A stretch of 64,000 bases of DNA. It comes from a virus. Each line of letters begins with the position of its first letter. Positions within the stretch are counted from its first letter, which is position 1. The stretch is from positions 1 to 64,000 of IMG/VR virus record IMGVR_UViG_3300021185_003853; one strand, given 5' to 3'. A program made the position numbers and the translations under genes. Shown here one piece after another: positions 8,051-17,171 of this stretch. The notes beneath the pieces are model-generated. The model searched no databases, was not told the origin of the DNA, and saw nothing but the letters and a program-made list of their open reading frames with translations.

Positions 8051-11000
8051 ATGGCACTAACAAAAAGATCAGAAAAAGGAGTATCATTAACATACACCGA
8101 AATGGATGCAAACTTCACTCATTTGGGTGGAGATGGTAGCTATCAATTTCCTGCGACTGACGGTACAGCTACCCATGTTTTAGCAACGGATGGTAACGGG
8201 CAACTTAGTTTTGTTCCTCAAACTGGTGGCGGTGGCGGTGGTATCGCACTAACCGATCTTAGTGTTACTACAGGCTCTGCTTCTGGTAGTGGATCATTAT
8301 CATACAATAGCACCACTGGAGCATTTACATTCGCTTCACCTGATCTTTCTACTTACTTAACAACTGTTGCTTTTTCTGACCTTACTGGCAAACCCACAAC
8401 GATTGCAGGTTACGGCATCACTGATGCTTTTGACGGTGCGTTTAGTTCACTAACAGGAAAGCCCACAACGATTTCTGGCTATGGAATAACAGATGCTTTT
8501 GATGGAGCATTCAGTTCACTAACAGGAAAACCTACTACCATTTCTGGTTACGGCATTACAGATGCTTTTGATGGTGCTACTTCAAGTTTAACTGGCGATA
8601 TCGATCTTGCAACTCAAGTTACTGGAATACTCCCTGTTGGTAATATGGCTGCCACTGCATTGACAACGGTGCAAACTGCCGCTAATGAATCAGCACAACT
8701 TGCTTTGACAACAGAAGAGGGAGATGTAGTTGTTAGGTCAGACGAAGCCAAAACATATATGCATAATGGTGGTTCTGCAGGAACAATGGCAGATTTTACA
8801 TTGCTATCTACTCCTACAGATTCTGTTACAAGTGTTGACGGAAACACAGGTGCAGTTACGACACTACAATTAGGCACATCATCAACGACTGCACTTGCTG
8901 GCGATACCACATTTGCTTTCTCTGATATTACATCAAAGCCTACAACAATTTCTGGCTATGGTATTACCGATGCATTAGCAATTGGCACATCATCAACAAC
9001 TGCAATGGCAGGTGACACAACATTTGCATTTGCTGATATCACAAGCAAACCTACAACGATTGCGGGTTACGGCATCACTGATTCTATTGTCACATCTGAT
9101 TCATCGATTGATGCACAACCTATAAAGCAACTATACACAAATCAAGCCGCATTTCCTGCCGCAGGCACTTGGCATGGTGCGCTTGCTCATAGTCACTCAG
9201 ACGGAGCAATGTTTTTCGCTCATGGTGGATCATGGGTTCAGTTGGCCAACAATAGCAGTATTCCAACTGTGCCAAGTACTGTTAGCTCCTTCACAAACGA
9301 CTCGAACTATTTGACGACTGTTGCCTTTGCTGATTTAACAGGCAAACCTACTACCATTTCTGGTTATGGTATTACTGATGCTCTAGCGATTGGTACATCA
9401 TCAACAACAGCGATGGCAGGCGACACTACATTTGCCTTTGCTGATATTACAAGTAAGCCTACAACGATATCTGGCTATGGAATAACTGATGCATTGGCGA
9501 TTGGTACGACATCAACAACTGCCCTAGCAGGTAATACCACATTTGCATTTAGTGACATTACTTCAACACCGACTACAATAAGTGGTTATGGCATTACAGA
9601 TGCCTTTGATGGAGCAACTTCAAGTTTGACGGGTAATATTGATCTTGCATCACAAGTAACTGGAACATTGCCTGTCGGTAATATGGCCGCTACAGCACTC
9701 ACAACAGTCCAAACAGCATCAAGCGAATCTGCACAATTAGCACTCACAGCAGAAGAAGGTGATGTAGTTGTCAGATCAGATGAGAATAAAACATATATGC
9801 ACAATGGCGGTTCTGCAGGAACAATGGCAGATTTTACACTTCTTGCGACACCGACTGATGCAGTAACGAGTGTTGACGGCAATACTGGCGTAGTTACAAC
9901 ATTGCAAATTGGCACATCTGGCACGACAGCAATGGCAGGTAATACTACTTTTGCATTTGCTGACATCACCAGTAAGCCAACTACAATAAGTGGTTATGGC
10001 ATTACTGATGCGTTAGAGTTAGGTACGACTTCTAGTACAGCATTAGCAGGTGATACTGCATTACTAGAATTAGGAACATCATCAACGACTGCACTTGCAG
10101 GAAACACAACATCTTTTGGTGGAAATGCATCAACTGTAACACTTGGTACTAGTACAGGTCCACAAACAATTAACATTCAAGCTGAAACGCCATCATCAGG
10201 TCAAAATCAGTTTATTAATATTGGCACAGGTGGATCTGCAGGTAGTTCAAAAACAATCAATATAGGTACTACAACCACCGGTTATCATACTAAAAATATT
10301 AATATGGGTAACTCAAGTACATCATCAGGTACATCAAGTAACATTACGATGTATGGCACAGTGTTGATGGATGATGCCACTGTTGCCGCTACTCACACAA
10401 TTGGTGGAACAACGCAAACCGGTACAATCACTATTGGTCGTAGTACGCAATCACAAACGATTAATATAGGTACTGGTACTGTTGCCAGTTCCAAAACTAA
10501 GACAATTAATATTGGTACTGGTAATTCAAGTGGGGCAATCACAAACATCAATATAGGTCCGACAAATACATCGGCAACTCGTGCAATCGATATTAATGGC
10601 AACTTAACTGTTGATGGTACTACACAATTTGATCATATGGTGACATTCAAGTCAGATGCATCAACAGCTAATGTATACGATCAAATAGTAAGTTTTCAAG
10701 CAAAGGGTACTAGCACAAGTTGGTATGAGGCAGCCAGAATCGCAACATTAGGTTCTGGTAGCGCACCATCAAGAATGATTATTGGACAAGATAATGCCGC
10801 ACTGACATTCTTTGATGGGTTTGGTTCAAGATATGTTTACCCTGCTCATGCTGACACAGGCGCAGGCACAAATGGCGTTTGTGATTTGGGTTCTTATAGT
10901 GCAAGATTTAAACTTGGTCGATTCTCAAGTGGCACAACAACATCTTCTGATAGAAACGAAAAGCGAGATATTGAAGAATTGACTGCCGCTGAGTTAAGAG

Positions 11001-11311
11001 TAGCAGTTCGATGTAAGCCACTACTTCGCAAGTATCGTAGAATTGATGCTTATGAAGAAAAGGGTGAAGCGGCTCGTATTCACTTTGGTATCATTGCTCA
11101 AGACCTTGATGATGCGTTTACAGCAGAAGGTTTGGATGCTCATCGATATGCAATGTTCATGGAAGATACTTGGTATGAATACGAAGGTGGTGTAGTATCG
11201 TATCCAACATTAGAAGATATACCTGAAGAGCATCGTGCAAATGCAACAGAACACACAGCAATGGGTGTCAGATACGAACAACTACTTGCGTTCATGATTG
11301 CCGCCTTATAA
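8051..11311 (+). CDS. tail fibre/receptor-binding protein with C-terminal intramolecular chaperone (peptidase S74)
   Basis: N-terminal LTYTEMDANF; nine PTTI(S/A)GYGITD repeats; INIGTG repeats; SSDRNEKRDI cleavage motif; HFGIIAQD; GVRYEQLLAF. Confidence 0.9.
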   Translation: MALTKRSEKGVSLTYTEMDANFTHLGGDGSYQFPATDGTATHVLATDGNGQLSFVPQTGGGGGGIALTDLSVTTGSASGSGSLSYNSTTGAFTFASPDLSTYLTTVAFSDLTGKPTTIAGYGITDAFDGAFSSLTGKPTTISGYGITDAFDGAFSSLTGKPTTISGYGITDAFDGATSSLTGDIDLATQVTGILPVGNMAATALTTVQTAANESAQLALTTEEGDVVVRSDEAKTYMHNGGSAGTMADFTLLSTPTDSVTSVDGNTGAVTTLQLGTSSTTALAGDTTFAFSDITSKPTTISGYGITDALAIGTSSTTAMAGDTTFAFADITSKPTTIAGYGITDSIVTSDSSIDAQPIKQLYTNQAAFPAAGTWHGALAHSHSDGAMFFAHGGSWVQLANNSSIPTVPSTVSSFTNDSNYLTTVAFADLTGKPTTISGYGITDALAIGTSSTTAMAGDTTFAFADITSKPTTISGYGITDALAIGTTSTTALAGNTTFAFSDITSTPTTISGYGITDAFDGATSSLTGNIDLASQVTGTLPVGNMAATALTTVQTASSESAQLALTAEEGDVVVRSDENKTYMHNGGSAGTMADFTLLATPTDAVTSVDGNTGVVTTLQIGTSGTTAMAGNTTFAFADITSKPTTISGYGITDALELGTTSSTALAGDTALLELGTSSTTALAGNTTSFGGNASTVTLGTSTGPQTINIQAETPSSGQNQFINIGTGGSAGSSKTINIGTTTTGYHTKNINMGNSSTSSGTSSNITMYGTVLMDDATVAATHTIGGTTQTGTITIGRSTQSQTINIGTGTVASSKTKTINIGTGNSSGAITNINIGPTNTSATRAIDINGNLTVDGTTQFDHMVTFKSDASTANVYDQIVSFQAKGTSTSWYEAARIATLGSGSAPSRMIIGQDNAALTFFDGFGSRYVYPAHADTGAGTNGVCDLGSYSARFKLGRFSSGTTTSSDRNEKRDIEELTAAELRVAVRCKPLLRKYRRIDAYEEKGEAARIHFGIIAQDLDDAFTAEGLDAHRYAMFMEDTWYEYEGGVVSYPTLEDIPEEHRANATEHTAMGVRYEQLLAFMIAAL
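8530..10010 (+). repeat. intragenic duplication in the fibre gene (two copies of a ~140-aa module)
   Basis: GATSSLTG(D/N)IDLA..QVTG.LPVGNMAATALTTVQTA...EEGDVVVRSDE.KTYMHNGGSAGTMADFTLL..PTD.VTSVDGNTG occurs twice; coordinates approximate. Confidence 0.85.
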
Positions 11312-11343
11312 CTCCTGGTTATATGCTTATAACAAAATAGTCT

Positions 11344-11371
11344 TTGACTTTTCTCTCCAATTTGATATAAT
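11344..11371 (+). promoter_or_regulatory. sigma70-type early promoter
   Basis: TTGACT-N16-TATAAT. Confidence 0.75.
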
Positions 11372-11394
11372 ACTTGTATTGAATAGATAGAGAG

Positions 11395-11706
11395 ATGATT
11401 ATGTATACACGATTTGATAAAGAGCAGTTCACATGGGATGGTTCATTTCTCATGTACAACGGTCCTTACAACGGATCTAAGACAATGGATGAAGTTAAGC
11501 CAAATTGTCACCCATCTTGGGTAGGTAAGATGAAGCCCGCATTTATCGCACGATTCAAATATGGTTCTAAGCCTTGGAAATCTTGGGTAAACTTCTTAGT
11601 GAAGAATGCTCATGTTGAAATCTACTTGAAACTAGCAGAAGAGTTTACTCCGGCTGAAGCGATGAGTATGCTTGGATTCAAACCGAGAAAAAAGTCTAAT
11701 GTTTAA
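11395..11706 (+). CDS. hypothetical protein
   Basis: 103-aa ORF directly after a promoter, GAGAG SD. Confidence 0.7.
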   Translation: MIMYTRFDKEQFTWDGSFLMYNGPYNGSKTMDEVKPNCHPSWVGKMKPAFIARFKYGSKPWKSWVNFLVKNAHVEIYLKLAEEFTPAEAMSMLGFKPRKKSNV

Positions 11707-12373
11707 TCATGTCGAACACGGCTATGCGCTCCAAGAGTTGCAAGCCAACATTGTCAAGAAAGTCGGGCGTTTATACACAACGCCTGACGGCAAGAAACTC
11801 CCTTCCATTACTACTGTTCTAGGTGCTACTCAAGACAAATCTGGTCTTGATGCTTGGCGTAAACGAGTTGGTGAAGAAGAAGCAAATCGAGTCATGGCTC
11901 AAGCCTCTACTCGTGGTACTGCGGTGCACCAACTCGCAGAAGATTATGTGAACAACGAAGAGAACTGGAGTAAGGGTGCTATGCCTGCTAACCTGTTCAC
12001 TTTTAACACGATTAAGCCTTTGCTTGATAAGCATATGAATAACATATGGATTCAAGAGGCACCGCTCTACAGTGAGCGATTAGAGGTTGCTGGTCGTGTG
12101 GACTGTATCGCAGAGTGGGATGGAGTACTATCTATTGTGGATTACAAGACCTCTAAACGACCCAAGAAGCGAGAGTATGTCGAAGGTTACTTCATACAAG
12201 AAGCGGCTTATGCGGCCATGTTTCTTGAACGAACTGGTGTTCCAATCAAGCAAATTGTAACTGTAATTGCTGTGGATGATAACGAGCCACAAGTCTTTGT
12301 TGAAAAGACAATGGACCATTTGCCTAAGTTTGTGGAAGCCAGACAAAAATTTAGAGAAAAATTTGGGTTTTAG
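11699..12373 (+). CDS. PD-(D/E)XK exonuclease (Cas4-like phage exonuclease)
   Basis: LPSITTVL, RGTAVH, AGRVDC, IVDYKTS, YFIQEAAYA; likely start at ATG 11699 (MFNHV). Confidence 0.88.
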   Translation: MFNHVEHGYALQELQANIVKKVGRLYTTPDGKKLPSITTVLGATQDKSGLDAWRKRVGEEEANRVMAQASTRGTAVHQLAEDYVNNEENWSKGAMPANLFTFNTIKPLLDKHMNNIWIQEAPLYSERLEVAGRVDCIAEWDGVLSIVDYKTSKRPKKREYVEGYFIQEAAYAAMFLERTGVPIKQIVTVIAVDDNEPQVFVEKTMDHLPKFVEARQKFREKFGF

Positions 12374-12376
12374 GGG

Positions 12377-12404
12377 TTGACTTTAATCTTCAACCTGCTA
12401 TAAT
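12377..12404 (+). promoter_or_regulatory. sigma70-type early promoter
   Basis: TTGACT-N16-TATAAT; near-identical to the promoter at 14058. Confidence 0.8.
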
Positions 12405-12423
12405 ATATGTATAAATTGAGTTA

Positions 12424-12660
12424 ATGAGAGAGATTGCTATGTCTACACTAAATTATGATGTTTCTTTTGATATCAAACACATTGATGATATCAGTACTTA
12501 CAAAGGTTTTATCCCATCTGGATATGATCTGATTGAATATGAGAAAGACACAGACCCAGTCGAGGGTACTGTTCTCTACGGCTTTGATGAGATTGGTCTG
12601 GCTGTCTCTTGGGGTGAAGTCAAGAACCCTGCTTACGCATTCATCAAGGCTAATTTCTAA
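12424..12660 (+). CDS. hypothetical protein
   Basis: ORF after promoter; true start probably ATG 12439. Confidence 0.65.
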   Translation: MREIAMSTLNYDVSFDIKHIDDISTYKGFIPSGYDLIEYEKDTDPVEGTVLYGFDEIGLAVSWGEVKNPAYAFIKANF

Positions 12661-12839
12661 TGATAACTTGGTGGAAAGAAGTTACTGATTGGCAATATCC
12701 CAATCACACCTATGGTCTGAACAAACAAGGTTGGGCTGTAGCGTATATCAAGAATGGAACTGAAGAAGTGATCGAGTTTACAAACCCACTGAAGCAGTTC
12801 TCAAAAACTCGTAGAAAATTTAAGAAGGTGAAAGTATGA
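12660..12839 (+). CDS. hypothetical protein (59 aa)
   Basis: Hand translation MITWWKEVTDWQYPNHTY...SKTRRKFKKVKV*; TAATG and ATGA couplings at the two ends. Confidence 0.7.
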   Translation: MITWWKEVTDWQYPNHTYGLNKQGWAVAYIKNGTEEVIEFTNPLKQFSKTRRKFKKVKV

Positions 12840-13021
12840 ATTATATTGTTCGTCAAGTAACGACACACAAAGTTCTTGCGGGTATATTCGAACCATTTAG
12901 AACTTATGAGTCTGCACTTGCTTATGCACAAGAGGTCGCTGAGTTTGAAGGACCTACTTATGTTGATTTGTTAGAAAATATTGATAAACAATTTTGGGGA
13001 GTAGAAAGTGGAAAAAGTTAA
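12836..13021 (+). CDS. hypothetical protein
   Basis: Coupled ORF in the early cluster. Confidence 0.6.
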   Translation: MNYIVRQVTTHKVLAGIFEPFRTYESALAYAQEVAEFEGPTYVDLLENIDKQFWGVESGKS

Positions 13022-13232
13022 TTTTGATGGTCTAACTGACCATGAGTTGTATATCTTTGAGGGGGTTAGAGATTCAGTCTTGGCTAACAATAGCCTTCAG
13101 GACTTTCTCGGAGAAGCAATTCTGTATGATGAAGAGACGGGTAGCAGTTACTCTGATGCCTTATATGATATGATTGATGTTATCGCAAAGCATCACTTTG
13201 ATGAAATGGTAATCACTGAGGATGCAGAGTAA
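13008..13232 (+). CDS. hypothetical acidic protein
   Basis: GTG start with GGAG SD. Confidence 0.6.
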   Translation: MEKVNFDGLTDHELYIFEGVRDSVLANNSLQDFLGEAILYDEETGSSYSDALYDMIDVIAKHHFDEMVITEDAE

Positions 13233-13435
13233 TGTGGGTAGCAAAACCAAATCTAAACAATAGTCGAGATATCCAAAAGTTTGAGAATGTGAAAGATGCT
13301 GTAAAATATCTCGAAGAATTCACTGGAATTGAGATGGCTTATGATAGAGATAGAAAAACTAAAGAAGTTACTTACGACTGGGAAATCATTGGAAAACTCT
13401 GGGAAGAAGAAGCAGAGTCGCAAGTCGGAGTGTAA
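13232..13435 (+). CDS. hypothetical protein
   Basis: TAATG coupling. Confidence 0.65.
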   Translation: MWVAKPNLNNSRDIQKFENVKDAVKYLEEFTGIEMAYDRDRKTKEVTYDWEIIGKLWEEEAESQVGV

Positions 13436-13513
13436 GTGGAAGGTGCAAAAGCACGACCAGGCAAAGCACAGAAAATATAGTGCTGTATTTGATGACCATT
13501 GTATGTGAGAACT

Positions 13514-14050
13514 ATGAATATATTTGTACTTGATGAATCGCCTAAGGTGTCTGCACAGTACCATTGTGACAAACACGCCGTAAAGATGATCGTTGAATCT
13601 GCCCAGATGCTATCAACTGCTCACCGTATGCTTGATGGTATTGAGGAGGTAAGACGAACCAAGACTGGTAGAAAGGGTAGATACTACAAACTTCAAGATA
13701 GTCGTGAGAATGTAATGTACAAAGCGGTACACTACAATCACCCATCTACTGTTTGGACTAGGCAATCTAAAGCAAACTATGATTGGCACTACAAGTTGTT
13801 TCATGAACTTTGTAAAGAATACACTCACAGGTATGGCAAAGTCCATATGACTGAAACTAAGTTATTGAGTGTTCTTTCTAAAGCACCTGACAACATTCCT
13901 GACGATATTGGTTTGACTAAATTTCCACAAGCCATGCCAGATTACTGTAAAATGGCTGATTCTGTTCAGGCATATAGGAAGTACTACATCAATGAGAAGA
14001 AGTACTTTGCCAAGTGGACAAATCGTAAAGTTCCTTCATGGTTCTTGTAA
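13514..14050 (+). CDS. pyrimidine-dimer DNA glycosylase (DenV-like family)
   Basis: MNIFVLD, HCDKHAVKMIVESAQMLSTAH, HYNHPSTVW, YTHRYGKVH, YRKYY; start moved to MNIF. Confidence 0.8.
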   Translation: MNIFVLDESPKVSAQYHCDKHAVKMIVESAQMLSTAHRMLDGIEEVRRTKTGRKGRYYKLQDSRENVMYKAVHYNHPSTVWTRQSKANYDWHYKLFHELCKEYTHRYGKVHMTETKLLSVLSKAPDNIPDDIGLTKFPQAMPDYCKMADSVQAYRKYYINEKKYFAKWTNRKVPSWFL

Positions 14051-14057
14051 AAAAAGG

Positions 14058-14085
14058 TTGACTTTAATCTTAAACCTGCTATAAT
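14058..14085 (+). promoter_or_regulatory. sigma70-type early promoter
   Basis: TTGACT-N16-TATAAT. Confidence 0.8.
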
Positions 14086-14111
14086 GGTACTATAAATTGA
14101 GTTGAGAGAGA

Positions 14112-14306
14112 ATGATTATGTACGAAGATATCCTTGAAAGTGCGTTAAAAAGTGAGATGACTTATGTTTCATTTGAAGATGGAACTGAATGGGTTGCCCC
14201 CTTGTTGTCGTTTTCTGTGTTAGACAAGTATTTTTGGGACCTTGTGAATCATAGACCTTTAAAGGCTACGGACATGGGTCGTGATTCTAGATTTTTAGGA
14301 GCGTAA
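14112..14306 (+). CDS. hypothetical protein
   Basis: ORF after promoter with GAGAG SD. Confidence 0.6.
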   Translation: MIMYEDILESALKSEMTYVSFEDGTEWVAPLLSFSVLDKYFWDLVNHRPLKATDMGRDSRFLGA

Positions 14307-14307
14307 T

Positions 14308-14481
14308 ATGAAGTATTTAAGTGTGCATGAAGTTCAAATGGCTTATGATCTGCTAGTGGGAATGAATCCACAGATCATCAATGATGCTCAAAAATTTGTT
14401 GAGTTGCTTGTTAGAGTGTATGAAGATGATACCGTTAAGGTAGGTTGGAATGAAGTTCGTCTAGCCTTGAGAAATCTCTAA
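14308..14481 (+). CDS. hypothetical protein (57 aa)
   Basis: Hand translation MKYLSVHEVQMAYDLL...LALRNL*; AGGAG SD. Confidence 0.65.
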   Translation: MKYLSVHEVQMAYDLLVGMNPQIINDAQKFVELLVRVYEDDTVKVGWNEVRLALRNL

Positions 14482-14717
14482 TGATGAGATCACGGTACGA
14501 GATGCCGATAACAAGAATTGTGAAGACACTCCATTCGAAGAGTGATCTTCCGTTATGTGCATCCATATTTGAGAAGTTAGCCGCAGACGGCACACTCCAT
14601 TATGGATGTAGAATGTTTCGTAACGGCAAGTTTGCCCGAGACGAATTTTATCCACAAAAGTCTATGAGTTATGTTGAAGTAATTGCTGAGAAATGGACAG
14701 AGGGGAAGATACGATGA
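14481..14717 (+). CDS. hypothetical protein
   Basis: Coupled ORF; C-terminal KSMSYVEVIAEKW resembles KSLQWVEDAAENW in the 37388 protein. Confidence 0.6.
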   Translation: MMRSRYEMPITRIVKTLHSKSDLPLCASIFEKLAADGTLHYGCRMFRNGKFARDEFYPQKSMSYVEVIAEKWTEGKIR

Positions 14718-14875
14718 TTGATATTATTCTAAATATTTTATTGTTTATAGGTGGCGTAATAGGTTTTACGCTTAGTTTTAAAGTATTGCTTGGTCTTGAG
14801 AAAGAGCATTCAGAACGCAGAAAGCTATATCAAGAAGGTAAGACTGACTACTATGGCAACAAGATAGACGATTAG
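14714..14875 (+). CDS. small membrane protein
   Basis: One hydrophobic helix (IILNILLFIGGVIGFTL); C-terminal TDYYGNK; start approximate. Confidence 0.6.
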   Translation: MIDIILNILLFIGGVIGFTLSFKVLLGLEKEHSERRKLYQEGKTDYYGNKIDD

Positions 14876-14881
14876 AGATTC

Positions 14882-14957
14882 GGGCCCATAGCATAACGGT
14901 TAATGCATCCGACTCATAATCGGCAGACTCTTGGTTCAAATCCAAGTGGGCCCACCA
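14882..14957 (+). tRNA. tRNA with CAT anticodon (probably Ile2, lysidine-type; Met not excluded)
   Basis: GGGCCCA/TGGGCCC acceptor stem, CCGA-CTCATAA-TCGG anticodon arm, GGTTCAAATCC T-arm, encoded CCA. Confidence 0.92.
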
Positions 14958-15026
14958 GACTTTAGAGAACATAGCCTTGGACCGTTATGTCAGAATGACT
15001 GCGCTGTAAAGACAGTCCCGATTTAT

Positions 15027-15101
15027 TCCGAAGTAGCACAATGGTAGTGCATCTGACTGTTAATCAGAGGGTTGTTGGTTCGAGTCCAACCTTCGGAGCC
15101 A
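15027..15101 (+). tRNA. tRNA-Asn (GTT)
   Basis: TCCGAAG/CTTCGGA acceptor stem, TCTGA-CTGTTAA-TCAGA anticodon arm, GGTTCGAGTCC, encoded CCA. Confidence 0.95.
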
Positions 15102-15127
15102 TTTTGAAAAAAAAGTGAAAAAAAGGG

Positions 15128-15155
15128 TTGACATTCCACGTGGATTTGTTATAAT
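15128..15155 (+). promoter_or_regulatory. sigma70-type early promoter
   Basis: TTGACA-N16-TATAAT with A-rich UP element. Confidence 0.85.
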
Positions 15156-15183
15156 ATGTACTTAATTGATGAGAGTTTATGAG

Positions 15184-15333
15184 ATGAGTGACGAAGTTAA
15201 CGAAGCCTTGCTTGAAAAATTATATGAAGATGCGCTTGAAAACTTACAAAAATATACGACTCTGAGTGATGAAGAGAAAGAAGAGATCGCTCTTGAGACT
15301 GCTGAAGAATTATTTGCTGAGATGAGTGTTTAA
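15184..15333 (+). CDS. small acidic hypothetical protein (49 aa)
   Basis: Hand translation MSDEVNEALLEKLYEDA...FAEMSV*. Confidence 0.6.
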   Translation: MSDEVNEALLEKLYEDALENLQKYTTLSDEEKEEIALETAEELFAEMSV

Positions 15334-15336
15334 ATT

Positions 15337-15525
15337 ATGATTACATTTTTAGGTTATATTGGTAGTTTCGTGATGGTTATTTTTGCCTTCACTATGGTTA
15401 CAGAGTTTGCTATTATTGGTCTGACTCTGATGACACTTCAAGCCGCTAGAGCGGGTCTTTGGAACTTCGTGATACTCAACATCATTTCTATCATTGGTTT
15501 TTCATCTAATTTAGGGAGTTTATAG
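15337..15525 (+). CDS. small membrane protein
   Basis: Almost entirely hydrophobic 62 aa. Confidence 0.65.
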   Translation: MITFLGYIGSFVMVIFAFTMVTEFAIIGLTLMTLQAARAGLWNFVILNIISIIGFSSNLGSL

Positions 15526-15526
15526 T

Positions 15527-15739
15527 ATGAGTTATGAAAATTGGTCTGATAAGCACGATGCCGCTAAGGCATTAGTAGCAGAGATGCTGTCTGGTTTGGA
15601 GAAGCAAAATGATAGCCCAGATTATTCTTTGGGATATCTTGAGTCAATGCTTACTGGTTGGGCATCAAAGAACGAAATCGTGTTCAATGAGATTTCTAGC
15701 ACCGTGGATTATCTAAATTCAGAGGCTCAAAATGCCTAA
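15527..15739 (+). CDS. hypothetical protein
   Basis: GGAG SD; YSLGYLESML motif. Confidence 0.65.
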   Translation: MSYENWSDKHDAAKALVAEMLSGLEKQNDSPDYSLGYLESMLTGWASKNEIVFNEISSTVDYLNSEAQNA

Positions 15740-16094
15740 GTATAAAGTTCATCAAATGAAACTCACTGACGAACAAGTCGATGAGATCAACGAGCAGGGC
15801 GCAGAGAACTCATCGCTCTGGAGATTCTACAACGATGCCAATATGTTTCCAGATGGCGACAAAGTTCAACACGCATGGAACCGTGGGCTTTACGACCACA
15901 TGGCAAACATTGAAGCACCTGACATGAATCAGGTTGTTCATCTAGGCAACACAGAAGATACTGTTAGTGATAAGATTGAGTTTCTTGAAAACAAGTTTGG
16001 TCGTAAGATGCATATCATTACGATTGGTGATGTTGTCGAAGACCCAGACGGAGTAAGATGGTTTGTCAACTTCGGTGGCTTTGAGAAAGTATGA
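15732..16094 (+). CDS. hypothetical protein (YodL-like C-terminal motif)
   Basis: MHIITIGDVV resembles the HSLSVGDVV motif. Confidence 0.6.
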   Translation: MPKYKVHQMKLTDEQVDEINEQGAENSSLWRFYNDANMFPDGDKVQHAWNRGLYDHMANIEAPDMNQVVHLGNTEDTVSDKIEFLENKFGRKMHIITIGDVVEDPDGVRWFVNFGGFEKV

Positions 16095-16471
16095 AGCGAT
16101 CTCACTTCAAGGGTAAGTTCACGCCTAAAAATCCAGAAAAGTATACTGGCAATGTCAAGCAGATAATATACCGAAGCAGTTGGGAACGACTGTTTATGGT
16201 ATACTGCGACAAGAAGAAGAATATCCTACAGTGGTCGAGCGAAGAGGTCAAAATCGCATATATACATGATGACAAAAACAGAACATATTACCCAGACTTC
16301 TGGGTTTATATGATTGACAAGAATAATAATCTAGTTGAAAAACTGATTGAAATCAAGCCTCATTATCAACGCACGATGAAAGTGAACAAAGCAAAGTGGA
16401 GTGCGGCTGAAGAGTATTGCCAAGAGAATAATATGGAATTTTTGGTAATGACTGAGAAGGAGTTGTTCTAA
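16091..16471 (+). CDS. gp4-like/TnsA-like endonuclease (second copy)
   Basis: KGKFTPKNPEKYTG, YRSSWE, WSSEE, YYPDF, IEIKP, NKAKWSAAEEYC, TEKEL. Confidence 0.85.
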   Translation: MKRSHFKGKFTPKNPEKYTGNVKQIIYRSSWERLFMVYCDKKKNILQWSSEEVKIAYIHDDKNRTYYPDFWVYMIDKNNNLVEKLIEIKPHYQRTMKVNKAKWSAAEEYCQENNMEFLVMTEKELF

Positions 16472-16674
16472 TGAGAGCATTCAATCGAGTCAAGGGTAAA
16501 CTCTTTCGCAAACTCGTCAATCTTGCTGATAGAATTGATGTGTGGTTTCGTAGTAACTTTAATGTGAATATGAAACAAAAGGCTCTTGAGTTGTCTCAAG
16601 ATAACATACCACTAAGTCGTCTAGACAAGACTATTGGTGTACACTTAAATATAGTTGAGGGTGAAGATGAGTAA
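16471..16674 (+). CDS. hypothetical protein
   Basis: TAATG coupling. Confidence 0.55.
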   Translation: MRAFNRVKGKLFRKLVNLADRIDVWFRSNFNVNMKQKALELSQDNIPLSRLDKTIGVHLNIVEGEDE

Positions 16675-16972
16675 ATGGAAATATAGCGAAAAGAACGATA
16701 GCCGCAATTATGATTTGGAAGCGAAAGAACTCCTTAAACCTTTGCGAGAGTCACAACTTTATGAGATGTATGGAATAGTCAATAAGCAATTGCAGAGATC
16801 AGTAAGTCCTGTTCGAGAAAAGGAACTGAATGCTGTTAGAATAGCCATTGAAAAATATCCTGGAATTGACAAGTCAAAACTGTCATTTGTTTTACACGGA
16901 TACAAGACAGAAATGGCACAAAAGGGTCATCCTAAAGATGGCGTCAAGTCAACATATAAGAAAAAGGTGTAA
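16667..16972 (+). CDS. hypothetical protein
   Basis: ORF 16655..16972; likely start MSKWKY. Confidence 0.6.
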   Translation: MSKWKYSEKNDSRNYDLEAKELLKPLRESQLYEMYGIVNKQLQRSVSPVREKELNAVRIAIEKYPGIDKSKLSFVLHGYKTEMAQKGHPKDGVKSTYKKKV

Positions 16973-16982
16973 CAAACATCGC

Positions 16983-17171
16983 ATGAAAATGATCAAGTAT
17001 AGAGATGACAAGTCTACTGATTATGAATATTTTTGGGTTAACGACAATGAAGTTAGAATGAGTCCAAGTTTTCCTAAAGAATCAATTGCATTAGAGTGGT
17101 ATACAATGCATGAAGAGTGGATGGAAGAACCACGGCCAGCAGTCTTTGAGCCTGAAGAAAATAATGGTTGA
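16983..17171 (+). CDS. hypothetical protein
   Basis: 3' part of ORF 16848..17171 (MKMIKYRDD...SPSFPKESIALEW). Confidence 0.55.
   Translation: MKMIKYRDDKSTDYEYFWVNDNEVRMSPSFPKESIALEWYTMHEEWMEEPRPAVFEPEENNG

Noticed and set aside
8370-10010. Regularly recurring repeats as a possible CRISPR array or DGR template/variable repeat
   Set aside because: Repeats are in-frame protein repeats with synonymous differences at all bases, with no unique spacers, no adenine-specific pattern and no reverse transcriptase in the window
8614-10602. Minus-strand ORFs within the fibre gene, some repeated
   Set aside because: Antisense shadows of Thr/Gly/Ala repeats
11699-12373. Cas4-like nuclease as a sign of a CRISPR system
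   Set aside because: Stand-alone phage exonuclease; no cas genes or array nearby
13436-13513. Two short hairpins (GTGC-AAAA-GCAC; AGCAC...GTGCT) before the DenV-like gene
   Set aside because: Stems of 4-5 bp are too weak to distinguish from chance
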